In this document: piece after piece, positions 38,588-51,293 of the stretch
How positions within the stretch are numbered: position 1 is the stretch's first letter
Layout of the letters: every line of letters begins with the position of its first letter
Assembly: GCA_010015585.1 (NCBI GenBank)
Contig: ML975149.1
DNA length: 64,000 bases
Source: Eremomyces bilateralis CBS 781.70
Taxonomy: Eukaryota
Direction: 5' to 3' (one strand)
Position numbers and translations under genes: made by a program
The notes under the pieces: generated by a model
What the model was told of the DNA's origin: nothing
What the model saw: only the letters and a program-made list of their open reading frames with translations
The model's database searches: none

Positions 38588-39421
38588 TCAGTCATACGGC
38601 TCCATCAATTTATTCCCCTCCACAGTCTCCGCGAAGTTCTCAATGACCGTACTATGCGACCACGGCTTCTTCGATATCTCCTTCCGAACCGTCTCCGCGA
38701 AGCACCCACTCCACTTATTCCGCGGATACGCCGTCGTCACCGCCTTGATCGTGTCCGGATGGACGAGGTCCGCGTTTTCTCCGACGTTATCTACAACTCC
38801 GTTAGCCAGGTTCCACGAAATGAGGGTGCTTTATCCAGGGGGCGATTACCGAAGATCGTGGTGGTCAGGGTGAGCCCCAGCAGCAATGGGACGCTGCCCG
38901 TGTCGCCGAGGTCTTGGTGGCGGTTCACAATCTCGGCGACCAGCTCGGCTTGGTCGTCGGGGGCGCCGAATTTGCGGAGAAGGTCGAGGGCGAGGACGGC
39001 ACCTTGGAGCTCGAAGGAGAGGCGGGTATGGTCCATGTTGTTGGAGGTGGTACCGATATCGTGGAGGAGACAGGCGAGGAAATACGTCTCGATGAGGGAG
39101 TTGGGGGCAGGATAATTGGACAGGTGTTGAGCGAGGACACCAATTCCTGGTTGGACGTTAGTGTACCTGGTCACTTCGGGAGCGGCTTTTCTCTGAAGGC
39201 GTACCGTAGAGAAATACTCGCATCGAGTGATTGAACGTCTTCTCGGGGAGATTTGCTTTGGCGTACTCATGCGTCTGTACGGCCACGGGGGACGACGGCA
39301 ATTTGACCTCATGCGGACTAAATGGTTTCGAGTTCGCCTTGCTCGTCGACTTGTATAAAGCCGGCTGTGACCTGGGCACAGCCGTCCATCCAAATGTGCT
39401 TTCAGAAAGAGGAAATGCCAT
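38588..39421 (-). CDS. Cyanamide hydratase, HD-domain (DDI2/DDI3/CAH family); introns 38791-38849 and 39147-39204
   Basis: GWTAVPR, TFNHSMRVF, LLHDIGTT, LSFE..GA, RHQDLG, TIF|DNVG, YPR.KWSGCF, KPWSHST, GNKLMEPYD*. Confidence 0.92.
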
Positions 39422-40193
39422 GATTTATATTTCAGAACCGAGTTGTAAGCTTTCGAATAGACTGGGGATGATAGGATCTGATCTGAAGGATTTCAAGATG
39501 TCAATGGCTACCTTTGATGTTTTATAGACTTAGTATCAGTCTGTCCTTCCGTAGAAGTCTGCAGGCCGTCTCGCATGAATGGGATGATCTCATAACTTCA
39601 TAAGCAGCATCGCCAGTGATCAGTTGCAACCCACGGAACAAGAGCTCCATTACGGGACCGATAGATCTGGAACCATGGAGTTACGATATTCCCGACTGCT
39701 TGGAACAGAAGCCGCATCAGCCTTAACCGCATTGCGGCAATCTCACGATGCCGCGAATTACGATGCAGGATGCAGGTGAGATGGTTAATGCTCAGTGGAA
39801 ATAAACGGAAGACGTCAACGACGGCGCAAGGGTGGAGGAGCGGCTCTGTTGTGATTGAGCCGCTGCGGCATCTTAGCAAAATTCGGTCTTATGAAGCAAT
39901 CTAGACCCTCCAGTGCTTGACCATGGCATTTGATCCTCGACGCCTTTCTGTAATTATTATGAACATGCAGATTACATTGCCATCGCACAAACGTGAAGCA
40001 ACACGTCGCAGTCAGTAATTGATTAACTCCATGTCATATCCCAATGGCCATGACGAAGTCCTTTCTTTTTATTAATATATGAGGCCTAGGTCCAAACCCC
40101 ACCCTCACTACCGTTTTCCAATCATGACTTGCCGAAGTCTAAAACGAGTAACTTAGTTTATTGTGTCTAGACTAGTTCATCAAGCAGTCATGT

Positions 40194-41552
40194 CTACGTC
40201 CCTGAAACCCAGATATCAAAAACACAATGGTAGATCCCAGGGGCAAATGACTTGACCCTTTCAATGTGCTCCAGCTGCACATCCGATCGCTCTCGCTCAC
40301 TAGAGATTGAACCCCTTTGGGCCTTGATGGCATCGAACAGCTTCCGTATTTCGACAACCACATCCCGCGCTTTAGCCTCGATGTCGGACTGCTTCACATT
40401 CTCGTGGAGATGAAGCCATCCTCCTAATTTTGGATCCAGTGCTTTGACCGCAGCCGACCATGACGGCCCGGAGGATGGCAGGTAGCCACAGTTGACATGC
40501 CGTATCGGTGGCCACATGTGTCGAGTTCTTTCCAGTTCGTCGGCGGCATATTCATTCGATTGGTGGAACATGACGAGCCTTGGTGCCGAGCTTTGCTTCT
40601 CATCTTCATGATCTTGAACACGCCACTCCTCAAGCACGGGGTCGTCGTCGGATAGCGAGATAATCTTGCATTCCCATTTGTTTTGGACCGCACCACGTCT
40701 AAACGCTTCCACTGACCAGCCGTTCACTTCCCAGGCGAGGATCGTATCCACACCAGCTTTGGCATAGCAGAATGAGAAGTAGCCGATTCCAGCGTAAAGA
40801 TCGACAGCTGCGCATCCGGTTCCAGCAGCTTGACCTTCGTGGACAGCGGATTGAATGGCCGGGAGATTGAGGAGTCTTTCCTTCTCTCGTGTGTTCCCCC
40901 GCGAGAACATGCAGTGGATTGGAGGGAAGACGTAAGATATCCCAAACTGCTGCACTGTGGCGAAGAAGGTCTGCGGGAGGGCCTTATGATTTGGCCACGT
41001 GCGGATCCTGTCAGTGTTTGCGGTTGTATTGTCCTCTAGTGGTCCGAAGTAGCCATATAAAGGCTGGATTTTCGCAGGTATGCGAAGAAGGGTTGCTTGC
41101 GATTGATCGAGTCCGGAACCAAAGTCATTCGAAGCCTCTTCTTCACCATACTTCGATTGAGTCGCTGGAATGGTGCCGTTATAGGCAATGTGAGTAACCC
41201 TGAGCTCCTCCGCTAATATGCGATAAAAGGATGAGGCAGTCACCGACTGATGCGCGTTGAAGAGCTCCCCCCAGGCACCTGTTTCGAATAGACCTGGCCG
41301 AACCGACAGCAACGAGCCATATACGGTATATCTTGATAAAGCGTTGACCAAGGGGAGGGGATCAATGCGGTCGATTTCAATGCTCCCCGGAATGCTGGAT
41401 TGGACTTGAAGAATCCATCGCTGGACAGCTTTCGACACCGGGCCAGGAATACTCCGTTTGTGGGATCCTACATTCTTTGATTTCGCAACAGCGCTGTGAT
41501 TATCAGAACAAATCGTCGCCTTCGAGCGGCAGAGATTTGCATCCTCCGTCAT
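40194..41552 (-). CDS. TYW2: tRNA wybutosine-synthesizing protein 2 (SAM-dependent aminocarboxypropyl transferase)
   Basis: MFSRGNTREKERL, VDLYAGIGYF, WEVNGWSVE, RHVNCGYLPSS, GWLHLHENV, VKSFAPGIYHCVFDI; likely start ATG 41552. Confidence 0.92.
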   Translation of the reverse strand: MTEDANLCRSKATICSDNHSAVAKSKNVGSHKRSIPGPVSKAVQRWILQVQSSIPGSIEIDRIDPLPLVNALSRYTVYGSLLSVRPGLFETGAWGELFNAHQSVTASSFYRILAEELRVTHIAYNGTIPATQSKYGEEEASNDFGSGLDQSQATLLRIPAKIQPLYGYFGPLEDNTTANTDRIRTWPNHKALPQTFFATVQQFGISYVFPPIHCMFSRGNTREKERLLNLPAIQSAVHEGQAAGTGCAAVDLYAGIGYFSFCYAKAGVDTILAWEVNGWSVEAFRRGAVQNKWECKIISLSDDDPVLEEWRVQDHEDEKQSSAPRLVMFHQSNEYAADELERTRHMWPPIRHVNCGYLPSSGPSWSAAVKALDPKLGGWLHLHENVKQSDIEAKARDVVVEIRKLFDAIKAQRGSISSERERSDVQLEHIERVKSFAPGIYHCVFDIWVSGT

Positions 41553-41780
41553 AGAGCAAGCATCCAACAAATGCTCCCCCCTCCACTAAGTGCCACCTGA
41601 GAAATTTTGACGAAGAGCGAGTGGTGGCGGTAGTATTGAAGGAAGGAGGGCAACTTGGTGTTCCAAGGAAGCTTCCACTCGACTTGCAGACCACCAATTT
41701 CCGTTTCTTCCAAGCGACTGTTGGAATCTCAAGACGGCAAAAAAGGAAAACTGGTCATCCGAATAGCATTTACTAAAGTC

Positions 41781-41805
41781 AAAAGAAAAAAAAAAGCAAA
41801 AGAAA
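41781..41805 (-). terminator. Pol III oligo-T terminator of tRNA-Thr
   Basis: A-rich tract aaaagaaaaaaaaaagcaaaagaaa (T runs on minus strand) directly after the tRNA 3' end. Confidence 0.8.
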
Positions 41806-41894
41806 TGCCGACACTCAGATTTGAACTGAGGACCCCGTCATATCGAATTGATGAGAATACGAGTGACGAATCATAACCGCTAGACTATATCGGC
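41806..41894 (-). tRNA. tRNA-Thr(CGT) with 16-nt intron
   Basis: Minus strand folds as GCCGATA/TGTCGGC acceptor stem, CGTCA/TGACG anticodon stem, loop CT-CGT-A[intron]A and CTCAG-TTCAAAT-CTGAG T arm; mature length 73 nt. Confidence 0.95.
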
Positions 41895-42571
41895 AGCTTA
41901 TATTTAAGATTTGCGCTCTGTGATATATGATCCACACTACTTTTTTGGACCCTCTGTTCCATAAATTTATTTCCCCACCCTGGGACCAAAATCGATGCAA
42001 TTCATTGAATGTGTACGAAACCTAGAGTAGATGCTTAAAGCCGGTAAATTTATCAGGAACGGATTCAGATCATGGAGATATGATAGGTGCGGATCCCATA
42101 CACAGATGGGACAGATATATCACGCCGTGTTTCCTCCAGGGCTGTCCACCATTCTTCCCCTCTGTCTATGAATTCACCTGACTTCACCGGATTCTCAATC
42201 ACCTCATCAAATATCGAAAGATAGCCTGGACAAGTTTGTAAATTACCATTGAAGTGATAAAGCGTCCTGCAGTGGATACAGCTTTGACTAAACATTTATG
42301 ATTCCATTAAATCCAGAGCTACGTACGAGAAACATTGGAGGATATATATGCACGAAAGATCCGAATCCCACTCAGTGACGCCACTATCCAGGACATAAGA
42401 GAAGAAGGATAGATAACGCTACAAGAAGATTTTGTACCGCTCGAATGGCCAAATGGCGGACATGTTCGAGAGCGGCAATCAAAGTTCAACGGAATACGCC
42501 CATCAAACGAGCATCAGAATCGAAGGAACAGGAATCTTCATGTCGAGCATCATGTCACTCGGAAAGTGCGT

Positions 42572-45568
42572 CTAAACTACCGCTCGCTTCACCTTCTCCT
42601 GCCCAAGCCCCATCACGCCTTTCGGGAACTTCGTCAACGGGGTCTCGACCTGCATGTCGACTCCCTCCGAACCCTGTTCAGTCTCCGCCTCATCCTCATG
42701 GATTCGAGTCGGCACATTCGCCTTGTTCTCATACGCCTGCAGGCTATGTCTCTCCGGCGTCGCCGCCGAGCTCGCGCTCATCATCGACATACTCGTGCTG
42801 CTCCTATTGTGCACTAAATCCGGCGTCGGCGGAATGGAGCTGACGCGTCGATCGCGGTCTACGTGCAAGTGATCGTCCTCGTGGCCATCATCCGACACCG
42901 CGGTCGCCGACCCCGCGGACGACATCGAGCCCTTGGACGGCTTGGTGCGGGCGCGCTTCCCGTTGCTGCCATTGCTGACGCGGCGCTCCTGGGCATCGGC
43001 TTCGCTCCCATCGTCCTCGGCGCGCTGCGCGAGCTCGAGTCCCTCGACGGCGGCGGCGCACTGTTCGGAGATGTTCCGGATGATGTAGGCGATGGCATCG
43101 GTCTTGTCGCGGAGGTGGCGGTCGGCGACATCGGCCATGCTGCCGGTGGAGAGGCGGTTTCGGGAGAGGGAGGAGTCGAGGAGGCGGCTCTCCATGTCAG
43201 GGGTGACGTCCTCGCCGTCGAGGTGCTTGCCATCGACGGTAGAGGCGCGGGAGATGGAGCGAGAGGAGGGGGTGATGGACGGAGCGCGACGGGTGGAGCG
43301 GATGCTTCCGTTTTCCACCGTGCGCTTGGCGCCAGAGTCGGATCCTTCTGCTTCTTCTTCCTCGGGCAGGTCTTCGAAGCCTTCTTCGATGTACTCGGTG
43401 AGTTCTGGCGCGGTGGAGAGCGTCTTGACGATGTGCTCCATATGGTGGGCTTGCCCGTCGATGAGGGCACGAAGGTGCAAGACCACGCGCTGGGCCTCGT
43501 CGCGTTGACGGACAATGGTTTGGTTGGTGTGTTCGAGGGCACCAAGAGATTTCTTGTTGCGCTTGCGTTCTCGCTCGAGCTCCTCGGCAATTTCTTGCTG
43601 TAGGACGAGAGCCTCGAGAGCATCGTCTCTCTGCTTCTCTGTGCCGGACAGGCGGACAGTGAGGCGGGCAGCGTCGTCCTTCTGCTGGTCGATGAGTGTG
43701 CTGAGGCGGCGGTTCTCCCGCTTGTGGTTCTCAATCTTGATCTTGAGCTCTTGGGTCTCCTTTGTAAGCTGCTCGGCAAAAGCCTGGAACTTGAGGAATT
43801 GCTGTTTCCAGCTCTCCAACTCTTCGACAAGGAAATTGTTCCGCTTGGTGACCTTGTTGAGCTCGGTGTCCATGCGTCCCTTGAGGTTGATAAAGTCTTG
43901 CCAGGCTTCCATGGCATCGCGGGAGTATTGGTTGCGCTCGCGAACAATCTCGTTGAGATGACGCATGGAGACCTTGGTCATCAGCGGCTTCTTGACGGTT
44001 CCACCAAAGACAGCCTTTATGCCAGTGTTGCGACCCTGCCAATGAGTTAGTTTATTATAAATAATAGCCGGTGATCCACATACCAATTTCTCGCAGACGT
44101 GGTCCATGACATGCATAACACCATCTTGGTTCCACCAATCCGGATCTTGAATGCTCTCGACTTCGCCTTTCATGACGATAATTTGACCGGCCGGAATCAA
44201 CTTTCCACCTCCGTAGGCGGATCGGAGATGCTGCGGCACGCCAGACGGGGTGACTTCACGGTTCAGTGCCTGGGTCAGGCGGTTGATCATCTTCGTTCGC
44301 TGCTTAGGGCTCAAAGCAGTCGGGGGGCTAGAAGTGAGGACGAAATTCCTGTCCAAGTCGACGACAAGAGCGTCAGTAGGAGCCGTGAAAAGAGACTTGC
44401 ATTCAGCAGTAATGCCCAGGATGTATGGGCCAGGCTCCTGAACCAGCTCCTTGACATGGCGAGCGTGGACGACCGGAACATAAAGTCCGCTCCATTCGTA
44501 GACCCGGACGGAGAATCGGATGGTCTCCGCAGCGACCGTCAACACTGCCGGATAGTGGGAGATGAAGATGATTCGGCGGGTTGGAGAGACAGCAGCCTCA
44601 ATGACACCAACAATGTTCGGGATCGACAAGCAGGCGAACAGCGGCCACATGGCGAAGTTCTGGAAGCCAGTCGGAGACGAAGGGAACTGGTAGCAAAGGG
44701 CGTAGTCCTTCATGTCGATGCGAACGAGATCGTTCAAACGGGGAGCCGGGAAGCTGAGAATGCGAGAGACCTCTTCGGCATGGAAAAGATTGGTGGCCTT
44801 GTTCCAGTGGATCCACATGCCTCGAAGGTAGTCACCAAGGAGGTTGTAGAGCGGATATCGCGAAAGGAAGCTCAGGCAGTATGGAATCCAATAAGTCTCG
44901 TCGCCGTTATCATAGAAGTCTGGCTCAGTCCTGCGCCGAAGGTCACGGATAGTCTCTGCTCGCTTCTCGTCGGCACGCGACCATACGCGAAGAGCAATTC
45001 CATAAAGTGTATGGGACGAATCCTGCTGCAAAACGAACGAATGGTGGACGCAATGCGGCTGGACTCGGCCGGTGCAAATCTCCACATCATGAGGGAAGCA
45101 CGCCTGCACAAAAGGATATCAGCATCTTCAGAAGCAACAATTGATGTCTTATCTTCATCTCGGAGTTCGGGAGAAGTGTAGATTATCAAAAGCGGAACAT
45201 ACCCTCATCGATGCGTGCAATGATCGTGCAATCTCGTTATCTTGCTCGAGTCTTGGGCTGCTTCCCAAGATCTCTGGTAGCCAGAACTGTCCAACCGCAC
45301 CCTTCATGTGCCCGATCTTCCCCTGACTTGGCGGCGGCGCTCGCACCCATTGTGATGGTTCCCGGCAGAGACCGCAGACCATGTACGCATGAGTGAGCGT
45401 CTTTGGGGTCCGTTGACCTGGTTTGATATTGAGGGTTGAGGGCAAAGGCTGGGTGATGCGGGAATGAAGGGATGAGGTGCGAGAGGGAATCATGAGGTTA
45501 GGGTCGTTGTGATCTCGAGTTGAAGGCCGCTCGCCGGTGCGAGGGCGAAGACTAAGTGAAGGTGCCAT
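42572..45568 (-). CDS. DENN (AEX-3) domain protein with C-terminal coiled coil, putative Rab GEF, 3 exons
   Basis: ACFPHDV, HHSFVLQ..TLYG, YWIPYCLSFLSRYPLY, WSGLYVPV, PGPYILG, VVDLD; long E/K/Q-rich coiled coil; start ATG 45568. Confidence 0.88.
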
Positions 45569-48105
45569 ATTCAACAAATCCTATGATTGTTCGACGGTAG
45601 TTTCGTAGTTGTGAACGTATGGTTTTCCAGTGACCAGCTTAAACTGGGACGGAATGTTCTCTCAATTAGGTCCGAGGTTCAAAATCAATTGACCTTAGTT
45701 CTCGACGTTTAAGGCTTAGATATACTGAATATCAGCTCTGTGGTCTCTCCAGCGGAACCAACGGAAGCAAAAAGACGCGTTCAAAGTATCGTTTCTCCAG
45801 ACGGTCAAAGAGAGTAAGACGGACAGAGCCGCATGAATTATCTGGAGCAAATGGAGAGAGAATTCGAAGCTCGAAAGAAAGAGAAGAGATGCTCGATACC
45901 GAGGGAGATAGATGATGGAGAAAAGGGAGATACTCACCACCACCAGACCCGGAGCAAGGAAACGACACGGGCAGACCACCGAGGACAAGGACCAGGATAG
46001 GGTGAGACGGACACAAAGCGTCCGTCTCGGCCGCGAAGTGCCATCAATCATCAGGGATAATAGGTGATGGGATCGTGGCGCTGATACACTTTGCTTCTTC
46101 GGGCAAGGGGTCGAGGGGCTTGCCGGCTCGGTTGCAGGCATTTGGGGACATTTGGGGACCTTTGGGGTGGGTAGAGATGCCCTCGTCCCTGACAATCCCA
46201 CCTGGACGGAGTTAGCTGCATGCGCCGGTCCCAGGGGCAAATTGACTATCCACTCCCCCCAAGTCTCAATTCTCAAAAGTCGCAAAGATAAAAGGCTCTA
46301 GCTTGTGGGCTATCACTCATCAGGATCGCCCAAGTCCCAAACTGCCGAAGACCCCACGATGTCACCACAGTTGACAGGTGCGGCTACTGGGGATTAGTGA
46401 CGTTGCATATCTGATGGCGATTGAGAAATTACTCAAGGAGAAACAGTCCATTTTCCCTCTCGTTCTCAATCATGTAGCGGAACATTTTTAATCCCATCGT
46501 GCATGCCGGTAGCTGTGTTTACCCGTCATACAGCCCGTTGCATGAAACTGGTCGTTCGATGAACTCCACGTCCCCAATAATGCCCTGTGTCCCGTCGAGA
46601 ATGCATTCCAGATCGACATGTGCAGTGACCATAACAGAGAGAGCTAGGCCCCGAACGCCGAAGTGATGCGAGAATTGGATGCATGATTGACACGGGTACT
46701 ATCAATTGGCAATTCTCAAATCCTGAGACGTCCACAAAATCGATGTTCTGAGCTAGACAATATGGCATGCGTGCGATAGGCGATAGCCCATAACTCGTAA
46801 GGAAGGCAATACATGGTCTATCGGATAACTGTTCCTGAAAAATCTAGCAAGGAATGGCGGCATCGCGGGAGGGAGATGTGAAAGGGTTCTCAAATCAATT
46901 CCAACTTTCTAAGGGGTGGTGATTCGGAATACCGCGGCCAATGGGGAGGTGTTCCCTGCGCCAGTAACCACCACCAGCCCTCACCATTTCCACCGACCCC
47001 CAAACCCTGCTGATGTCTGGGTTCTGTGGGAAATTCGTTGATGGATCCTTGAGACATTGGGGGGCAGGGCCAAATGGCTTGGTCGTGAATGGAGAATCGG
47101 ATGGTTTCAGGCTTGCTTGAGAGGCCAACTGACCAGCCGAATTGACTTTGAATTCATCTTCTGGTCCATCGACTTGCTGTTCAATTATTGAGTTCGAATG
47201 CTGAATGGGTCCCGGAAGTTTCAGAGTCTTGAAGCCGCAAGCACCAGGGATATGACCAGTCCAGCAAGTAATCATCTCTCGTTCAGTCGTTCCCGAGTCG
47301 TGGTCGGAGGAATTGATATCCACTTTGCTGGGTTTTTTGCTGGTATCAACGAACTCTAATTTATCACAGGGGCGGGCCGACACCCCATCGTTTCAGAACC
47401 GAGATGGTTATAGTTACTTATTTTATCGACTCTGGTGCGGCGAGTTCCAACCAGGAACATGGAATTTCGCGATTCATCACATCCAATGCATATTCTCAGT
47501 TGTGACTTAATTATGCCTGTTACGCATCGAATCCTAGGTTTGTCCATGAACCTACTTCTTGGCTATTGGGCCATCAACCGTCCAAGACTGAGTTGTTAAG
47601 ATATTGTCGATTGATAATAGCAGAATGGAAGTCTCCGGATTCAGCAGGTTGTACGGAGGTATTACTACCACCTATCATCCGCAAATGAAGTACACCTGGC
47701 ATACTCATGACCGAATGCATCTATCAGATGGCTGTCGTGTAACTTTGTTCCCGCACCTCGACTATTATGGCATTAATATGGCAGCATTATGCCGTTCACA
47801 TCCTCTCTAACGGTATACGAAGGAAGAAACGCCTTCACGAGCTTCCCACGTGGGTTACCTTGTTCCAAATACATATCAATGAGTCCCTGCCTCAGTCATG
47901 ATGTTCTAAACTCCCAAACCTACTATACCCCGCTCCTGGTATGACTGAAATTCTCATTGCATTTTCCAAGTCTATCCAGTACACCGATGGGATCACTCTT
48001 TTCCTCCGGGAGAGAGCCTGCGGTGATAGCTCAAGTCCATACCATACCCCAAACCCCTGCTCTGGTTTCTGGAAGTAGCATGATGAGACTTAGTCTAGAA
48101 CTAGG

Positions 48106-48540
48106 ATGCAACAGAAACCCTTTCAATCCTTCCTGGATGGACAAATCCACCCAATACCGGCGCTGCCACAACCGAACTGATACTTCTTCTACGATACTGT
48201 CATGGACCCCAAGCTCTTAGCAGAAGTTGTTGGACTGGAACAAGAGCCGGAGATGATGGAAGCCAAAATCCAACAGAAATGCATCAAGTACATTGGCCAC
48301 TAGGCCGTCTTATGACCTGCCGACGGTATCATCTGCGGAGTCGTGTGGTGGGTATGTTCCGAGCGTGGATATTACGCAACGAATTTAAGTCCATGAAAGC
48401 GATGCTTATCGTGTGGGCCTTGTATGGCCAGATCCCAGAGGTCGAGAACAGTGAGAGACTAGAAGCGTTCTCTTTTGTATAGAATGGAGCCGGTGATCTG
48501 TTCAACATGATGTGGCGCAAGGAAGCGGCCTTACAATGGA
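48106..48540 (+). pseudogene. Decayed AIG2-like / gamma-glutamylcyclotransferase gene
   Basis: Frame from 48121 reads QPN*YFFYDTVMDPKLLAEVVGLEQEPEMMEAKIQQKCIKYIGH*AVL*PADGIICGVVWWVCSE, then a shifted frame gives ERLEAFSFV*NG. Matches the recalled fungal WYFFYGTLMDP..WG.YPAL..G pattern with several stops. Confidence 0.6.
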
Positions 48541-49258
48541 TCGTTTACCTTTTGAAAGGATATATTAACGAGATCGAAAGGTCCAGCACTCCAAATTGGA
48601 AATTAGGTAATATGCATCATACATCTGTGATTCCCTATCACTTGATGTGGTGTCGTTGGACTGAGAACCACCTGTTATCAATCTGATTTTTGACATTCGC
48701 CTAACCCCCAAATCTAGACTCTGAAGGTTCTTGCGGTTCTAGATCCCTTCAGATATTATTAGGTTCGGACACTTCATCGAGAAATTTTTCAAAGCTGAAT
48801 CGGATACTTCCTGCGTACTAAAATCTCACTTGAGGCTGAGACCGGATACATAATCTCACTTATTAACTAATAGGGCTGAAGCAAAGCACATAAAATCTCA
48901 CACGTGGACGAAGTCGGAAACATATAACACCTAGCCAGCCACGCAAAGTTATTCGACATACGGCATACCCGATACTTGCACTTTAGGTTAACTAATCTCT
49001 AACGATTAATCGGAAAGTTTAATCTTGGGGGTCGGTGAAGCTGTACTGATGCGGTTCCCGGATACAAATGGCATTGCTACTTCGGCGACATTGGGTAGGT
49101 ATGCACTTGAGGTATCGTCTAAGACACCAGTATAAGTAGTTGAGTTTCATCATACTTTACGTGTCGATGATTTTAAATATGCACTTCGTCTAATATCCTT
49201 ACTCACTTTAAGTCACTATTTCATTTGGTTATATTTCAAAGTTCCGTACATAGCCTGA

Positions 49259-51293
49259 ATGTCCAGCAAACCAGCAATGGTCGTGTCAGACATTGACTCC
49301 GATGGAACACAGCGTGATCTAGAACTGGGCCACGCCAAAGGCGTCCATCTCGTGAACGATGTGGTTCGCTCCTTTGCTTGGAACAGCCTTGATGTCCAGA
49401 TCAAGGACCGTAAAACGAAGGACCCCCTTTCCATCCTTTCCGATGCGAGCGGCATTGTTCACCAGGGAGAGATGCTTGCCATCATGGGACCGAGCGGATC
49501 AGGGAAGACCACGCTGCTCAACGCCCTCGCTCATAGAAAGGCCGCGGCTGGTGCAACGACGACGGGCGAGATCTTAGCAAATGGCCAACGGATCGACCAA
49601 GATATACTTCGGCAGCACTCCAGTTACGTGGAGCAGGAGGATGCCCTGATCGGAAGTTTGACAGTGATAGAGACGATGAATTTTGCAGCTGGTCTCGCAT
49701 TATCCAGGTAAGCTGGATTTGTGTATGGCTCGATACAGATAACTAATATTGCCTAGTTCGACTACAAAGAAGGAGAGGAAGCAACGCGTCCGGGACCTGA
49801 TAGCAAGCTTTGGCCTACAAGGCCAGGCGGATACAATTGTTGGAACCCCCATCCAGAAGGGTCTCAGCGGTGGCCAAAAGAAACGACTTGGGGTTGCAAG
49901 CCAGCTTGTCACAGACCCAAGGATCCTTTTCCTGGATGAACCGACAAGTGGTCTTGATTCTGCTCTCAGCTATGAAGTGATGAATTATATCAAAGAAATT
50001 GGGCGGAAGAACAAGGTGAGCCATATCGCCTCCATCCCTACAAGTCGAGGTGCTAACTTCGTCCAGCTTATTATCATTGCGTCCATCCATCAGCCGTCGA
50101 CGTCGACGTTTAAACTATTCGATAGGCTCTGTCTCCTTTCCACCGGCAAGACATGTTACTTCGGTTCCCTCCCAGAAGCACATCCGTATTTCTCCAGTAT
50201 TGATTTCCAAATGCCTACGGAGATTAACCCAGCTGAATACTATCTGGACCTAATCAACACTGACCTGGCCCAGCCAGGGGATGAAGTGTATCAGCGAGCC
50301 CAATGTATCGCTCGAGAGTGGAATGAAAGCGACCGTGGAGTTGCGCTCAAGAACGAAATCCAAGCCACTATCGACCTCGCCAAATCCGAGAAGAGCATTC
50401 CGATTCTTGCGGATATTAGGCTTCATGAACCAAGCCTATGGACGATCACCCCTGTCCTGCTCCATCGATCGTGGACTAAAGCGTACCGGGACTTCGTCGT
50501 ATACGGAATCCGTATCGCCATGTACCTCGGACTGGCCATTCTCATGGGCACCGTCTTCCTCCGATTGAGCAATACCCAAGCGAATATCCAACCATTCATC
50601 AACGCGATCTTTTTCGGTGGAGCATTCATGTCGTTCATGGCTATCGCCTACGTCCCTGCCTTCTTGGAGGATCTGGCGACATTCAAAAAGGAACGAGCAA
50701 ACGGGCTCGTTGGGCCATTGGCATTCAACATGGCCAATTTCATAATCGGCCTCCCATTTATCTTCCTCATCGCCGCTCTCTTCTCCATCGTCGAATACTT
50801 CCTCACGGGCTTTAGACAAGAGGCACAGGCATTCTTTATGAGCACACTATGGCTGTTCCTCGACCTCTTGGCTGCCGAAGCGCTCGTGGTCCTCGTCTCG
50901 TCCATCTTCCCCATCTTCGTTCTCGCTCTCGCCGTCACCGCGTTCGCAAACGGGCTGTGGATGTGCGTCGACGGGTTTTTAGTGCCGATGAACATCCTCA
51001 ATCCGTTTTGGAAATACGTCTTCCACTACATTGACTACCAAGCATACGTCTTCCAGGGGATGATGGTCAATGAGTTTAAAGATCGGGATTACAGGTGCAC
51101 CTCGATAGACGCGGACACTTACCATTGCATGTACCCAAGCGATCTCAACTCCAAAGGCAAGATACGCGGCACTTCAGTGCTAGAGGCCTTCGGTATCAGC
51201 GTTGGTAAGGAAGCGCAGTGGGTTGGAATCAGCATTGCCATCATTGCTGGCTATCGGATTCTAGCCTATATGGTGTTACGATTGCGGAAGTAG
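49259..51293 (+). CDS. Half-size ABCG (White-family) transporter, NBD-TMD, 3 exons
   Basis: Walker A GPSGSGKT, YVEQED, LSGGQ, ILFLDEPTSGLD, SIHQP, NPAEYYLDL; six-helix TMD with ERANG and YIDYQAY. Confidence 0.95.

Noticed and set aside
40194..41894. Functional link between TYW2 and the adjacent tRNA
   Set aside because: TYW2 modifies tRNA-Phe; the neighbour is tRNA-Thr(CGT). Likely coincidence.
42859..45181. Long overlapping ORFs (362, 246 and 360 aa) over the DENN gene, and similar ones over PAT1 and the protease
   Set aside because: Shadow frames caused by GC-rich codon bias in the real genes; no motifs.
46895..47383. 162-aa minus-strand ORF
   Set aside because: Non-ATG start and no domain; cannot be supported without a search.
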